The notes: generated by a model not told the origin, from the letters alone. DNA of 64,000 nt from an uncultured Bacilli bacterium (GCA_934183185.1 CAKPSO010000001.1:21846-85845), one strand, 5' to 3'; counted from the stretch's first letter, positions 47,875-58,460 are shown. Numbers and translations are program-made.

Positions 47875-49734
47875 ATGGAATATGATATTATCGTTGTAGG
47901 TGGAGGTCATGCTGGTTGTGAAGCATCACTATCATCAGCTCGTCTACATAATAAAACTTTATTAGTAACAGGAAATATAAAAAATATAGCTGATATGCCA
48001 TGCAATCCATCAATAGGTGGACCCGCAAAAGGAATTATTGTAAGAGAAATAGATGCCTTAGGTGGTGAAATGGCTAATAATATTGATCATAGCTGTCTAC
48101 AAGTCAAAATGTTAAATACAAAAAAAGGCCCAGCTGTAAGAGCATTAAGGGCACAAGGTGATAAAATTACTTATCCAAAAGCTATGTTAGAAACTATGAA
48201 AAACCAAGAAAATCTAGAGATTAAAGAATCACTAGTAGAAGACTTAATCGTAGAAGATAATAAAGTAAAAGGTGTAGTTTTAGAAAACGGAGAAAAGATT
48301 TATGCCAAAGCAGTAGTTCTAACAACAGGAACATACTTAAAAGCAGTTATTCTAAGAGGAGCTAAAAAAACAGTTAGTGGTCCACACGGTGAAAGACCAT
48401 CTAAATTTTTAAGTGATAAACTAAGAGAGTATGGATTTACGATTCAAAGATTAAAAACAGGAACTCCTCAAAGAATAGATAAAAATAGTATTGATTATTC
48501 AAAAACTAGCCTAGAACCAGGTGATAGCGTTCCACATACTTTTTCATTTGATAACACACCACTTTATAAAGTAGAAGACCAAGTACCATGTCATCTAATC
48601 TATACAACGAAAGAAACTCATAAAATTATTATGGATAACCTAGAAAAATCAAGTATGTATGGTGGTTATGTAGAAGGAATTGGCCCTAGATATTGTCCTT
48701 CAATAGAAGATAAAGTAGTTCGTTTTAAAGATAAAGAAAGACATCAACTATTCCTAGAGCCAGAAAGTTTATATTATGATGATATTTACATTCAAGGTTT
48801 TTCAACCAGTATGCCAGAAGAAATTCAAGATTTAATGGTTCATAGCTTACCAGGATTAGAAAATGCCAAAATATTAAAATATGCTTATGCGATTGAATAT
48901 GACGCTATAGACCCTCTACAATTAAAACAGTCACTTGAAACTAAAATACTGGAAAACCTATTTACAGCCGGACAAATAAACGGTACAAGTGGCTATGAAG
49001 AAGCAGCAGGACAAGGATTAATAGCTGGTATCAATGCATCTCGTAAGATTCATAATCAAGAACCATTAATTCTTAAAAGAAATGAAGCCTATATTGGTGT
49101 ATTAATTGATGATTTAGTAACAAAAGGGACTAAAGAACCATATCGTATGTTAACATCTCGTGCTGAATATCGTTTATTACTTCGTCATGATAATGCTGAT
49201 TTAAGATTAAGAGAATATGGACATGAAATAGGTTTAATAACAGAAGAAAGATATCAAAAGTTTGTAGAAAAGAAGAATCAAATCAAAGAATTAATTAATC
49301 TATTAAAAGAAAATAAAATCACACCTACAAGAGATACCAATGAATATTTAACAAGTATTAATTCAACTAAATTATTAGATGGTATTACCTTATATGAACT
49401 ATTAAAAAGACCAGAAATAACATTTACTAATATAAAACACTTTATAGATATTAACTATAGCGATGAAGTAGTAGAACAAGTTGAAATAATGGATAAGTAT
49501 GAAGGTTATATCGTAAAAGCAAATAGGGAAGCCGAAAAAATGTTAGACTTAGAAAAAGTAAAAATACCAGAAGATATAAACTATGATAATGTTCATAACC
49601 TAGCCAGTGAAGCAAGACAAAAATTAGCTCAAGTAAGACCAACTACTATCGCGCAAGCTTCCCGTATTAGTGGTGTTAATCCTGCTGATATTTCTATATT
49701 AATGGTCTATTTAAAAAAGGAAAAACGAATATGA
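47875..49734 (+). CDS. mnmG: tRNA uridine 5-carboxymethylaminomethyl modification enzyme MnmG (GidA)
   Basis: FAD-binding MEYDIIVVGGGHAGCEA N-terminus and highly conserved GidA core. ATG at 47875 with an AGAGGAAG RBS. Confidence 0.95.
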   Translation: MEYDIIVVGGGHAGCEASLSSARLHNKTLLVTGNIKNIADMPCNPSIGGPAKGIIVREIDALGGEMANNIDHSCLQVKMLNTKKGPAVRALRAQGDKITYPKAMLETMKNQENLEIKESLVEDLIVEDNKVKGVVLENGEKIYAKAVVLTTGTYLKAVILRGAKKTVSGPHGERPSKFLSDKLREYGFTIQRLKTGTPQRIDKNSIDYSKTSLEPGDSVPHTFSFDNTPLYKVEDQVPCHLIYTTKETHKIIMDNLEKSSMYGGYVEGIGPRYCPSIEDKVVRFKDKERHQLFLEPESLYYDDIYIQGFSTSMPEEIQDLMVHSLPGLENAKILKYAYAIEYDAIDPLQLKQSLETKILENLFTAGQINGTSGYEEAAGQGLIAGINASRKIHNQEPLILKRNEAYIGVLIDDLVTKGTKEPYRMLTSRAEYRLLLRHDNADLRLREYGHEIGLITEERYQKFVEKKNQIKELINLLKENKITPTRDTNEYLTSINSTKLLDGITLYELLKRPEITFTNIKHFIDINYSDEVVEQVEIMDKYEGYIVKANREAEKMLDLEKVKIPEDINYDNVHNLASEARQKLAQVRPTTIAQASRISGVNPADISILMVYLKKEKRI

Positions 49735-50429
49735 ATTTAGAATTATTTATAGAAGAAACAAAAAAATTAGGTATTACTCTAACAGACTTGCAACTAGAAA
49801 AATTAAATCAATTTTATGAATTATTAATTTCATGGAATCAAAAAATGAATCTAACTAGAATAACAGAAAAAGAAGATGTTTACTTAAAACATTTCTATGA
49901 TAGTCTAACACTTAGTAAAGTAATAGATTTAAAACAAGACTTAACTTTATGTGATGTTGGTAGTGGTGCTGGATTTCCAGGAATTGTTTTAAAAATCTGT
50001 TTTCCTAATTTAAAAATAACTTTACTAGATTCTCTTCAAAAAAGAGTAAATTATTTAAATGAAATAATAAAAGAATTAGATTTAAAAGATATAGAAGCTA
50101 TTCATACTAGAGCAGAAGATTATGCTAAACAAAATCGTGAAAAATTTGATATTGTAACAGCTAGAGCAGTAGCTAATCTTAAAATACTATCAGAATTATG
50201 TATTCCAATGGTAAAAGTAAACGGTTTATTTATTGCAATGAAAGCAACTATTGAAGAAGAACTTGCAAACAGCATGGAAATATTAAAAAAATTAGATAGT
50301 AAAATTGAAAAAGTAGAAACATTCTATTTGCCAGTAGAAAATAGTATTAGAAATATTATTTTGATTCAAAAATTAAAATCAACTAATAGAATTTATCCAA
50401 GAAGAATAGAAAAAATAAGAACAAAATAA
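49731..50429 (+). CDS. rsmG: 16S rRNA (guanine527-N7)-methyltransferase RsmG (GidB)
   Basis: SAM motif DVGSGAGFPGIVLKI. Overlaps the mnmG stop, which is the typical gidA-gidB arrangement. Confidence 0.9.
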   Translation: MNLELFIEETKKLGITLTDLQLEKLNQFYELLISWNQKMNLTRITEKEDVYLKHFYDSLTLSKVIDLKQDLTLCDVGSGAGFPGIVLKICFPNLKITLLDSLQKRVNYLNEIIKELDLKDIEAIHTRAEDYAKQNREKFDIVTARAVANLKILSELCIPMVKVNGLFIAMKATIEEELANSMEILKKLDSKIEKVETFYLPVENSIRNIILIQKLKSTNRIYPRRIEKIRTK

Positions 50430-50457
50430 CAGTTAAAAAATAGGGGGGTAGTAAAAT

Positions 50458-51039
50458 ATGAATAACCAAATTGATAAAATAATAAGAGAAGTATATGAAG
50501 AAGTTAAAACTAGATGTTATGCACCAACAAATGCCTATGGAACTGGTGCTTGGGATCACCACATTGAAGTAGTATATAAATTAGCTATAAAAAATTGTGA
50601 AAAATATCACGCAAATCACGATATTGTAGCACTAGCCGCCTTATTACATGATGTTGCTTCTGTAACGAATAAAGATTATACAGAACAACACCATATCATA
50701 GGTGCTCAAATTGCGGAAAATGTATTAAAAAAATATGATTTAGATAAGAAATCACGGGAATTAATAAAAACATGTATTTTACACCATAGAGGTAGTGTGT
50801 TAATGGAAAAAAATACACCTGAAGAAGTATGCATAGCAGATTCAGATGCTATGGCTCATTTTTATAGTGTACCATCCTTACTTAGAATGGTATATGTAGA
50901 AAAGCATATGGAAATTGATGAAGGTGCAGACTTTGTATTTCATAAATTAGATAGAAGCTATAATAAATTATCACCACGTGGAAAACAAATTATACTACCT
51001 CAATATGAAGCGGCTAAAGTATTACTAGTAAAAAGATAA
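50458..51039 (+). CDS. HD-domain phosphohydrolase family protein
   Basis: H...HD motif (HIEVVYK...LAALLHDVASV) and a downstream conserved His/Asp. 193 aa. Confidence 0.55.
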   Translation: MNNQIDKIIREVYEEVKTRCYAPTNAYGTGAWDHHIEVVYKLAIKNCEKYHANHDIVALAALLHDVASVTNKDYTEQHHIIGAQIAENVLKKYDLDKKSRELIKTCILHHRGSVLMEKNTPEEVCIADSDAMAHFYSVPSLLRMVYVEKHMEIDEGADFVFHKLDRSYNKLSPRGKQIILPQYEAAKVLLVKR

Positions 51040-51070
51040 AAGTCAAAAATCCTAAATTTGACTTTTTTTC
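51039..51070 (+). terminator. Rho-independent terminator after the HD-domain gene
   Basis: AAGUCAAA-aauccuaaa-UUUGACUU followed by a U7 run. Confidence 0.6.
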
Positions 51071-51141
51071 TTGTATGAACATAAAAATATGATATAATAT
51101 ACTCAGAATAAAAGAGTAAAAGAATGAAAAGAGGGTAATTT

Positions 51142-52230
51142 ATGGATAGAGAAGTAGTAGAACTATACTTAGATGATATAATTCCAAATCGTTTTCAACC
51201 TCGTGAAGTATTTAACGAAGAGGCATTAAGAGAATTATCTAATTCAATAAGAGAACACGGAGTTATTCAACCAATTATTGTAAGAAAATTAGGGGATAAA
51301 TATGAAATAATCGCAGGTGAAAGAAGATACAAAGCATCTGCTATGGCGGGACTTACCAAAATACCAGCAATTATTCGTAATTTAGATGATAAAGAAGCCT
51401 CAAAAGTAGCTCTTTTAGAAAATCTTCAACGTAAGGATCTAACAGCTATAGAAGAAGCACGAACTTATCAAAAAATATTAGAATTAGATTCTATGACTCA
51501 GGAAGAATTAGGTCGTACCATGGGAAAATCTCAAGCTGCTATAGCTAATAAAATGAGATTATTATCATTACCTGATGAAATACAAGAAGCCCTACTTCAA
51601 GATAAAATATCAGAACGTCATGCACGTAGTCTTTTAAACTTGGATAGTAGTGAAGAACAGATTGCAATGTTACATAATATTATTAATAAACGTATGACAG
51701 TAAGAGAATTAGACAATGAAATTAAAAAAATAAAAGGAGAACCATATGGTACAACTGATATTCAAATAGAAAATAAAATATCAGAGCCTCCTCTTATAGA
51801 AAATATTAAACAAGTAGAGTATCCAACTACTGATTCAGAATCAAATAATTTCATATTTGATTTAAATCCAGAAAATCCGGCACCAGAACAAAAAGAGGTA
51901 AAAGAATTAAATATAAATTCTACTCCTCAACCATTGCCAAGTGTATTAGAGGATATTTTACTTAAACCAAAATCAGCTAGAGCAGCATATGAAGATAAAG
52001 AACAACCTTCAGAAATTAAAAATGAAACACAAGAAACACTTCCAGAAAAAAACAAATATTCTATCGAGGAGTTACTTGATGACGAAGAATTATATTCATT
52101 AAAAAATGCAATAGCCGAGATAAATAAGAGTATAGAAATAGTAAAATCTAAAGGTTTCTTAGTTAAAATGGAAGAAATGGATTTTGAATCAACATATCAA
52201 ATAATTATTCAAATAGATAAAAACAATTAA
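51142..52230 (+). CDS. noc: Nucleoid occlusion protein Noc (ParB-family CTPase). Lacks an N-terminal amphipathic extension and carries a ~110-aa C-terminal extension
   Basis: ParB-box GERR and an HTH region. GKSQAAIANKMRLL...ISERHARSL carries Noc-type specificity residues (Q, K, ERHAR) rather than the ParB-type (R, H/T, MGHGR). gidB-noc-soj-spo0J synteny. The cognate NBS palindromes are present in the window. Confidence 0.75.
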   Translation: MDREVVELYLDDIIPNRFQPREVFNEEALRELSNSIREHGVIQPIIVRKLGDKYEIIAGERRYKASAMAGLTKIPAIIRNLDDKEASKVALLENLQRKDLTAIEEARTYQKILELDSMTQEELGRTMGKSQAAIANKMRLLSLPDEIQEALLQDKISERHARSLLNLDSSEEQIAMLHNIINKRMTVRELDNEIKKIKGEPYGTTDIQIENKISEPPLIENIKQVEYPTTDSESNNFIFDLNPENPAPEQKEVKELNINSTPQPLPSVLEDILLKPKSARAAYEDKEQPSEIKNETQETLPEKNKYSIEELLDDEELYSLKNAIAEINKSIEIVKSKGFLVKMEEMDFESTYQIIIQIDKNN

Positions 52231-52254
52231 AAGTAGAATAATCTACTTTTTTTT
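52231..52254 (+). terminator. Rho-independent terminator after noc
   Basis: AAGUAGA-auaa-UCUACUU followed by a U8 run. Confidence 0.65.
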
Positions 52255-52335
52255 AACAAATTACTAAAATATATTTTCTTATATAATATTTTTTGTTAAA
52301 ATATATAAGTATCAAATCAGAAAAAAGGTGGTAAC

Positions 52336-53124
52336 ATGGGAAAGATAATATCATTAGTAAATCAAAAAGGTGGAGTAGGAAAAACTACTACCAGTATTAA
52401 TCTTTCTGCTTCATTAGCATATTTAGGTAAAAGGGTACTTTTAATAGATTTAGATCCTCAAGGAAATGCTACAACGGGAGTAGGAATAAATAAAGGTGAC
52501 GTAGTAAAAAGTGTCCATGATGTAATGGCCGGTACTTGTGAGATCACAGAAGCAATAATTCGTACCAAGTTCAAAGGATTATACGTTTTACCAGCTACAA
52601 TTAATTTAGCTGGTATTGATATTGAACTATTAGAAAAAAGTAAAGTTGATCAAAATTTTTCTAAGAACACTCAATTAAAAATAGCAGTCGACCAAATAAA
52701 AGATTCTTTTGATTTTATTATCATTGATTGCCCACCATCTTTAGGATTAATAACAACCAATGCTTTAACTGCTTCTGATTCAGTAATTATTCCAGTTCAA
52801 TGTGAATTCTTTGCACTAGAAGGAATTACTCAATTATTGAATACAATTATGCTAGCTCAGAAAAATTTAAATCCTAATTTAAATATAGAAGGTGTATTAC
52901 TAACAATGTTAGATTCCAGAGCTATCTTATGCCTGGAAGTAGTAGAAGATATTAGAAGATTCTTTAAGGAAAGAGTTTACAATACCATTATTCCAAGATT
53001 GGTAAGAATAGCAGAAGCTCCCTCTCATGGAACACCAATATTAGCTTATGATCCAAAACATAGAGGAACTATTGCTTATTTAAATTTAGCAAAGGAAGTG
53101 ATTGAAAGAAATGGAACAAACTAG
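52336..53124 (+). CDS. soj: Chromosome partitioning ATPase ParA/Soj
   Basis: Deviant Walker A KGGVGKTT, and a sequence of Soj/MinD-type length. Confidence 0.9.
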   Translation: MGKIISLVNQKGGVGKTTTSINLSASLAYLGKRVLLIDLDPQGNATTGVGINKGDVVKSVHDVMAGTCEITEAIIRTKFKGLYVLPATINLAGIDIELLEKSKVDQNFSKNTQLKIAVDQIKDSFDFIIIDCPPSLGLITTNALTASDSVIIPVQCEFFALEGITQLLNTIMLAQKNLNPNLNIEGVLLTMLDSRAILCLEVVEDIRRFFKERVYNTIIPRLVRIAEAPSHGTPILAYDPKHRGTIAYLNLAKEVIERNGTN

Positions 53125-53992
53125 AAGAAAAGCCCTTGGTAGAGGCTTAGAAGAACTATTTAATAATGAACCAATGAATTATGAACAAATTGAAGAAAAA
53201 ATAATTACAGAAACACCAAAAGAAGAAATAGTAGAATTAAAATTATCAGAATTAAGAAGCAATCCTTATCAGCCTAGAAAGAATTTTGATGAAAAAGCTC
53301 TTCAAGAATTATCAGAATCAATCAAAGAACATGGTGTATTTCAACCAATAATAGCTAAAAAAAGTATTAAAGGTTATGAAATAATAGCTGGAGAGCGTCG
53401 TGTAAAGGCTTCAATTTTAGCCGGCAAAGAAACAATACCAGCAATTATAAGAGATTTTTCTGATCAAGATATGATGGAAGTAGCATTACTAGAAAACCTT
53501 CAACGTGAAAATTTAAATGCTCTAGAGGAGGCAACTGCTTATAAAAAATTACTAGAAGAGTTATCATTAACACAAGAGAAACTTGCTGAAAGATTAGGGA
53601 AAAGTAGAAGTCATATCACCAACATGTTGGGCTTACTATCATTACCTGAAGAAGTAAAAGATATGATTATGGAAAATAAATTAACTATGGGGCATGCACG
53701 TGTTCTAAGTAAATTAGAGGATCCACAAAAAATAAAAGATTTAGCTGAAAAAATAGTAATGGAAAATTTAAGTGTACGCCAAGTTGAAAATTTATCAGTT
53801 GAAGAAATCTATGAAAAGAAAAAACCAATTCATAAAAGTAATAACTTAAATAATGAATATAAAGTTTTATCCGAAGAATTATCAGATAAACTAGGAACCA
53901 AAGTAAAAATAACCCACAATAAATTAGAAGTTTCTTTTGTAAATAGTAATGATTTAAATAGAATACTAGAAATAATGGGAATAGATAACTAA
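53111..53992 (+). CDS. spo0J: Chromosome partitioning protein ParB/Spo0J
   Basis: N-terminal ALGRGLEEL, ParB-box GERR, and HTH region GKSRSHITNMLGLL...LTMGHARVL carrying ParB-type (parS-specific) residues. ATG at 53111. The ORF-track start is a TTG. Confidence 0.9.
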   Translation: MEQTRRKALGRGLEELFNNEPMNYEQIEEKIITETPKEEIVELKLSELRSNPYQPRKNFDEKALQELSESIKEHGVFQPIIAKKSIKGYEIIAGERRVKASILAGKETIPAIIRDFSDQDMMEVALLENLQRENLNALEEATAYKKLLEELSLTQEKLAERLGKSRSHITNMLGLLSLPEEVKDMIMENKLTMGHARVLSKLEDPQKIKDLAEKIVMENLSVRQVENLSVEEIYEKKKPIHKSNNLNNEYKVLSEELSDKLGTKVKITHNKLEVSFVNSNDLNRILEIMGIDN

Positions 53993-54002
53993 GAGGGATG
54001 AA

Positions 54003-54812
54003 ATGTTAGAAAAAATATTAATACCAAAAGTTTATTTACCAATAATTTATTCTGCTGTAGCTTTTTTATTAAATAGTATAATAAAGAAAATAGCCAATAA
54101 AATTATCGAAACTAAACAAGAAAGTCTATCAAAAAATAGTTATAACTACAAAAAAATAGAAACTTTTAGAGTATTATTAATAAATATTATTAAGTATGCC
54201 ATAATTTTATTTACACTTTTAGCTATACTTACAGTTTATGGTATAGATGTATCATCAGTATTGGCAGGACTTGGAATAGTAGGAATAGTTGTAGGTCTTG
54301 CTCTACAAGATTTTGCTAAAGATATTATTGCAGGTATCAGTATCATACTAGAAAATCAATATGCAATGGGTGATATAATATCAGTAGGTAATTTTAAAGG
54401 AGAAGTTATTTACTTAAGCTTAAAGACAACACGTATAAAGAGTTGGGATGGTCAAGTAAAAATATTAGCTAATCGTAATATAAATGAAGTTATTAATCAT
54501 AGTATGGAAAATTCTATGGCTATTGTAGATGTAGGTGTAAGTTATGAAGATGATATTGAAAAAGTAGAAAAGGTACTAAATGATCTAGCTATTGAACTAA
54601 CTAAGACACTACCTAAGTTAAAAGGTAAAGTTGAAGTATTAGGCATTGAAAGTTTAGCAGATTCATCAGTTGTCTTTAAAGTTATTGCTCCAACTGTTTC
54701 AATGGAACATTTTGCTATACAAAGAGAAATGCGTAAGCAAATTAAACTTGCTTTAGATAAAAATAATATTAAAATACCATACCCACAAGTAGAGGTGCAT
54801 AATGGAAAATAA
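54003..54812 (+). CDS. Small-conductance mechanosensitive channel family protein (MscS-like)
   Basis: Three N-terminal TM helices followed by an MscS beta-domain (GDIISVGNFKGEVIYLSLKTTRIKSWDGQVKILANRNI). Confidence 0.75.
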   Translation: MLEKILIPKVYLPIIYSAVAFLLNSIIKKIANKIIETKQESLSKNSYNYKKIETFRVLLINIIKYAIILFTLLAILTVYGIDVSSVLAGLGIVGIVVGLALQDFAKDIIAGISIILENQYAMGDIISVGNFKGEVIYLSLKTTRIKSWDGQVKILANRNINEVINHSMENSMAIVDVGVSYEDDIEKVEKVLNDLAIELTKTLPKLKGKVEVLGIESLADSSVVFKVIAPTVSMEHFAIQREMRKQIKLALDKNNIKIPYPQVEVHNGK

Positions 54813-55002
54813 TAAAGATTATCAATTAAACTCCCATGTTATTATGAAAAAAGCTCATCCATGTGGATCTAATGAATGGGAAATTGTTAGACTAGGTGCA
54901 GACATTAAAATTAAATGTTGTAATTGTGGAAGATCAGTTATGATTCCTCGAATAGAATTTAATAAAAAATTAAAGAAAGTATTAAATAGTGAGGAAGTAT
55001 AA
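54802..55002 (+). CDS. DUF951 family small protein (YyzM-like)
   Basis: 66 aa with the CxxC...CxxC pattern (HPCGSNEWEIVRLGADIKIKCCNCGRSVM). Conserved position near parB and ychF in Firmicutes. Confidence 0.65.
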   Translation: MENNKDYQLNSHVIMKKAHPCGSNEWEIVRLGADIKIKCCNCGRSVMIPRIEFNKKLKKVLNSEEV

Positions 55003-55003
55003 T

Positions 55004-56608
55004 ATGAAAGAAAAGAAAAAATTAAAATTAAAAAAATTCTATTTACATCCAGTAACAGCTTTTATTCTATTAACCTTACTTGTAATAGTATTGAGTGGAT
55101 TATTTTCAGTATTTGGACTTCAAGCAACATATAATAAGTTAAATACAAATACCGGAGAATTAGAAAAGACTTTAGTAACAGTAGAAAATTTACTAAATTA
55201 TGATGGAATAAAATATATAGTAAGTAATGCTACAAAAAACTTTATTAGTTTCACAACTCTAAGTACTCTAATTATATCTTTAATTGGTATAAGCATTATT
55301 CAAGCTACAGGGTTACTTGATGCATTTATCAAAAGAACATTGATTAAAATTGATAATAAAAAATTAACTTTTATGCTTATATTAATAGCTACTCTATCAA
55401 GTTTAATTAACGAAATTGGATATGTAATTTTGATTCCACTAGCAGCAATTATCTTTCAAAAAAATAAAAGAAATCCCATTGCTGGTATAATAGCAGCTTT
55501 TGCTGGAGTATCATTTGGTTATGGGGCAACATTATTCGTTGGTTCCATGGAGGTTAATTTAAATCCTATCACAGAATCAGCTGCAGGATTAATTGATTCA
55601 ACTCACCATGTACCACTAACATCAAACTTGTTTATAATAATAATCAGTTCAATAATCCTATCCATAATAGGAACTATAATAATTGAAAAAATACTAATAC
55701 CAAAATTAGGAAAATATAAAAATAATCTTGATTCTATAACTCAAGAAATAGAAATTATTGATAATATAGATACAGTAGAACAGCAAGAACAGAATAAATT
55801 AAGAGAAGAGTTACTAGAAAAAAAAGGAATGAAAAACGCTTTAATAGCTACAATAGTATTTATTCTATTTATGGTATATTCATTAATACCTAACCTTCCA
55901 TTTTCTGGATTATTACTTGATATGGAAGAATCGACTTATTTAGGACAAGTATTTGGTCCAAATTCTTATTTTCAAGATGGATTTACATTTCTAATATCAT
56001 TATTTTTTATAGTAGTAGGAATAGCATATGGAATAGGTGCTAAAACAATAACTAATGACAAAGAACTAGTAAAAGAAAGTAGTGAATACCTATCTAATAT
56101 TGGAAATCTAGTAATGCTAGTATTCTTTGCTTCTCAGTTTATAGCTATATTTAAAAAGACTAATATAGCTGCTATAATTACTGCTTGGGGAGCTAACATA
56201 ATTAATCAAGCAAACTTTACTGGAATACCATTAATCTTATTAGTAATAATTATTATAGCAATAGCCAACGTATTTACAACAACACCAGTAGCTAAGTGGA
56301 CAATATTGGCTCCAGTTGTTGTACCAAAATTAATGCAAGCTAATATATCACCTGAATTTTCTCAATTTATACTAAGAGCAGGCGATTCAATGACTAAAGG
56401 TATTACACCATTATTAGCTTACTTTGTTATATATGTTGGTTATTTAAATCTATATAATCCAGATAGAAAAAAGCCAATAACTATAAGAAAAGCTCTATCA
56501 TTACTAACACCATACTGCCTAATTATAAGTATTACTTGGATAGTAATTACTATATTATGGTACATAATAGGTCTACCTATAGGACCGAGTATATATACAA
56601 CATTATAA
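55004..56608 (+). CDS. AbgT-family transporter (p-aminobenzoyl-glutamate/antimetabolite transporter family)
   Basis: Polytopic. LLNYDGIKYIVSNATKNFISFTTLSTLIISLIGISI...LIPLAAIIFQKNKRNPIAGIIAAFAGVSFGYGATLF aligns with the AbgT/YdaH/MtrF N-terminal conserved block. ATG at 55004 with a GAGGAAG RBS. Confidence 0.7.
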   Translation: MKEKKKLKLKKFYLHPVTAFILLTLLVIVLSGLFSVFGLQATYNKLNTNTGELEKTLVTVENLLNYDGIKYIVSNATKNFISFTTLSTLIISLIGISIIQATGLLDAFIKRTLIKIDNKKLTFMLILIATLSSLINEIGYVILIPLAAIIFQKNKRNPIAGIIAAFAGVSFGYGATLFVGSMEVNLNPITESAAGLIDSTHHVPLTSNLFIIIISSIILSIIGTIIIEKILIPKLGKYKNNLDSITQEIEIIDNIDTVEQQEQNKLREELLEKKGMKNALIATIVFILFMVYSLIPNLPFSGLLLDMEESTYLGQVFGPNSYFQDGFTFLISLFFIVVGIAYGIGAKTITNDKELVKESSEYLSNIGNLVMLVFFASQFIAIFKKTNIAAIITAWGANIINQANFTGIPLILLVIIIIAIANVFTTTPVAKWTILAPVVVPKLMQANISPEFSQFILRAGDSMTKGITPLLAYFVIYVGYLNLYNPDRKKPITIRKALSLLTPYCLIISITWIVITILWYIIGLPIGPSIYTTL

Positions 56609-56644
56609 TTATGTGTTATAATACGCATAGAAAAGAGGAATATT

Positions 56645-57745
56645 ATGGGATTAACAGCCGGAATTGTAGGTTTACCAAATGTAGGTAAATCAACATTATT
56701 TAATGCAATTACTAAAAAAAGTATTCTAGCAGCTAACTATCCATTTGCCACTATTGAACCTAATGTTGGAGTAGTAGTAGTTCCAGATGATAGACTAAAC
56801 GTTCTAAATGATATGTATCAACCAAAGAGATTAATACCAACATCATTTGAATTTACTGATATAGCAGGTCTAGTAAAAGGGGCATCAAATGGTGAAGGCT
56901 TAGGTAATAAATTTCTATCACATATTAGAGAAACAGATGCTATAGTTGAAGTGGTAAGATGCTTTGAAAACAAAGATATTATTCACGTAGAGGGTAAAGT
57001 AGATCCAATAAGAGATATAGAAATAATTAATTTAGAACTTGCCCTAGCTGATCTAGAAAGTATTGGAAATCGTATTGAGAAGATAGAAAAAAAAGCTAGA
57101 ACTAGTAAGAATAAAGATGAATTAATCGAATTAGAGGCCTTAAAGAAGGCTAAGTCATCACTAGAAAAAAATGAAGCCTTAAGAACTGTTAGCTTTACTA
57201 AAGAAGAATTATTAGCTATAAAGTCATATAACTTTCTAACTCAAAAACCAATTATCTATATGGCAAATATAAATGAAGAAGAGGTATCAACAGAAGATAA
57301 TGAATATGTTAAACAAGTAAAAGAATATGCTAGTAAAGAAAATGCTAAAGTAATAAAAGTATGTGCCAAAATAGAAGAAGAATTAAGTCAATTAGATGAT
57401 AATGATCATAAGGACATGTTAGAAGCTCTTGGTATTAAAATGAGTGGTTTAGATCAATTAATTCAAGCAACATATGATTTATTAGGTTTGGCTACATATT
57501 TTACTGTAGGGAAAGATGAAGTAAGGGCATGGACCTTCAGAAAAGGAATGAATGCTAAAGAGTGTGCTGGTATTATCCATAGTGATTTTGAAAAAGGATT
57601 CATCAGAGCAGAAATTATGTCATATACAGATTTGATTGAGTATGGCAATGAAATAAAAGTAAAAGAGGCAGGTCGTGCTAGACTTGAAGGAAAAGATTAT
57701 TTAATGCAAGATGGAGATATATGTTATTTTAGATTTAATGTCTAA
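56645..57745 (+). CDS. ychF: Ribosome-binding ATPase YchF (Obg-family GTPase)
   Basis: GIVGLPNVGKSTLFNA. A TGS domain lies at the C-terminus. 366 aa. Confidence 0.95.
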   Translation: MGLTAGIVGLPNVGKSTLFNAITKKSILAANYPFATIEPNVGVVVVPDDRLNVLNDMYQPKRLIPTSFEFTDIAGLVKGASNGEGLGNKFLSHIRETDAIVEVVRCFENKDIIHVEGKVDPIRDIEIINLELALADLESIGNRIEKIEKKARTSKNKDELIELEALKKAKSSLEKNEALRTVSFTKEELLAIKSYNFLTQKPIIYMANINEEEVSTEDNEYVKQVKEYASKENAKVIKVCAKIEEELSQLDDNDHKDMLEALGIKMSGLDQLIQATYDLLGLATYFTVGKDEVRAWTFRKGMNAKECAGIIHSDFEKGFIRAEIMSYTDLIEYGNEIKVKEAGRARLEGKDYLMQDGDICYFRFNV

Positions 57746-57774
57746 ATAAAATAGATTATAGAAGGAGAAATAAT

Positions 57775-58416
57775 ATGGAAAATAAAATTTATTCAAAAGT
57801 ATATTTATGGTTATTTATAGGTTTACTAGTAACCTTCCTAACAGGAATTTATACATCTACCAATGTAGATGCCTTATCAGCAATATTCAATAATGGTTTT
57901 TATTGGATATTAGTCATAGTAGAGTTAGGCTTAGCAATATTCTTATCAGCAAGAATTCATAAAATGAGTGCAACAACAGCTAGAATAAGTTACTTGTTAT
58001 ATACATTTTTAACTGGATTAACTTTATCATCAATATTTATAGTATATAAATTAGACTCAATAATATTAGTATTTGGTATAACTGCAGTTTTATTTTTAAT
58101 ATTTGCTTTAATAGGAAAAACTACCAATCTAGATTTAAGTAAATTTGGTACTTATCTATTAATGATGTTACTTGGCATAATTATTTGTAGTATTATTAAT
58201 ATATTCTTAGATAATACTATGTTTGATTTAGTTATTTCTTGTATAAGCATAGTTATCTTCTTAGGTTATATTGCCTATGATGTACAAAAAATAAAGAAAT
58301 TAGACGGTTTTCTAACTGATGATAATTTAGCAGTAATAGGAGCTTTTGAATTATATCTAGATTTTATTAATATATTCATTGACTTATTAAGAATATTTGG
58401 AAAAACAGATGACTAG
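57775..58416 (+). CDS. Bax inhibitor-1/YccA-family membrane protein
   Basis: Seven TM helices, with a C-terminal DxxxLYLDFINIFIDLLRIFG that is typical of the BI-1/YccA family. Confidence 0.65.
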   Translation: MENKIYSKVYLWLFIGLLVTFLTGIYTSTNVDALSAIFNNGFYWILVIVELGLAIFLSARIHKMSATTARISYLLYTFLTGLTLSSIFIVYKLDSIILVFGITAVLFLIFALIGKTTNLDLSKFGTYLLMMLLGIIICSIINIFLDNTMFDLVISCISIVIFLGYIAYDVQKIKKLDGFLTDDNLAVIGAFELYLDFINIFIDLLRIFGKTDD

Positions 58417-58460
58417 GGAAATACTTATTACATTATTTCATAATAATAAATAAAATATAT

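Noticed and set aside
50968-50990. caccacgtggaaaaca inside the HD-domain gene, as a possible parS
   Set aside because: It shares only the CACGTG core. The half-sites are asymmetric and off-consensus.
53490-53520. A parS-like sequence inside spo0J coding (cttcaacgtgaaaat) and another in noc (51426-51440), by analogy with the B. subtilis parS that lies within spo0J
   Set aside because: Each has at least 3 mismatches to the consensus and is not palindromic. These are simply the conserved ENLQRE codons, so they are unlikely to be functional sites.
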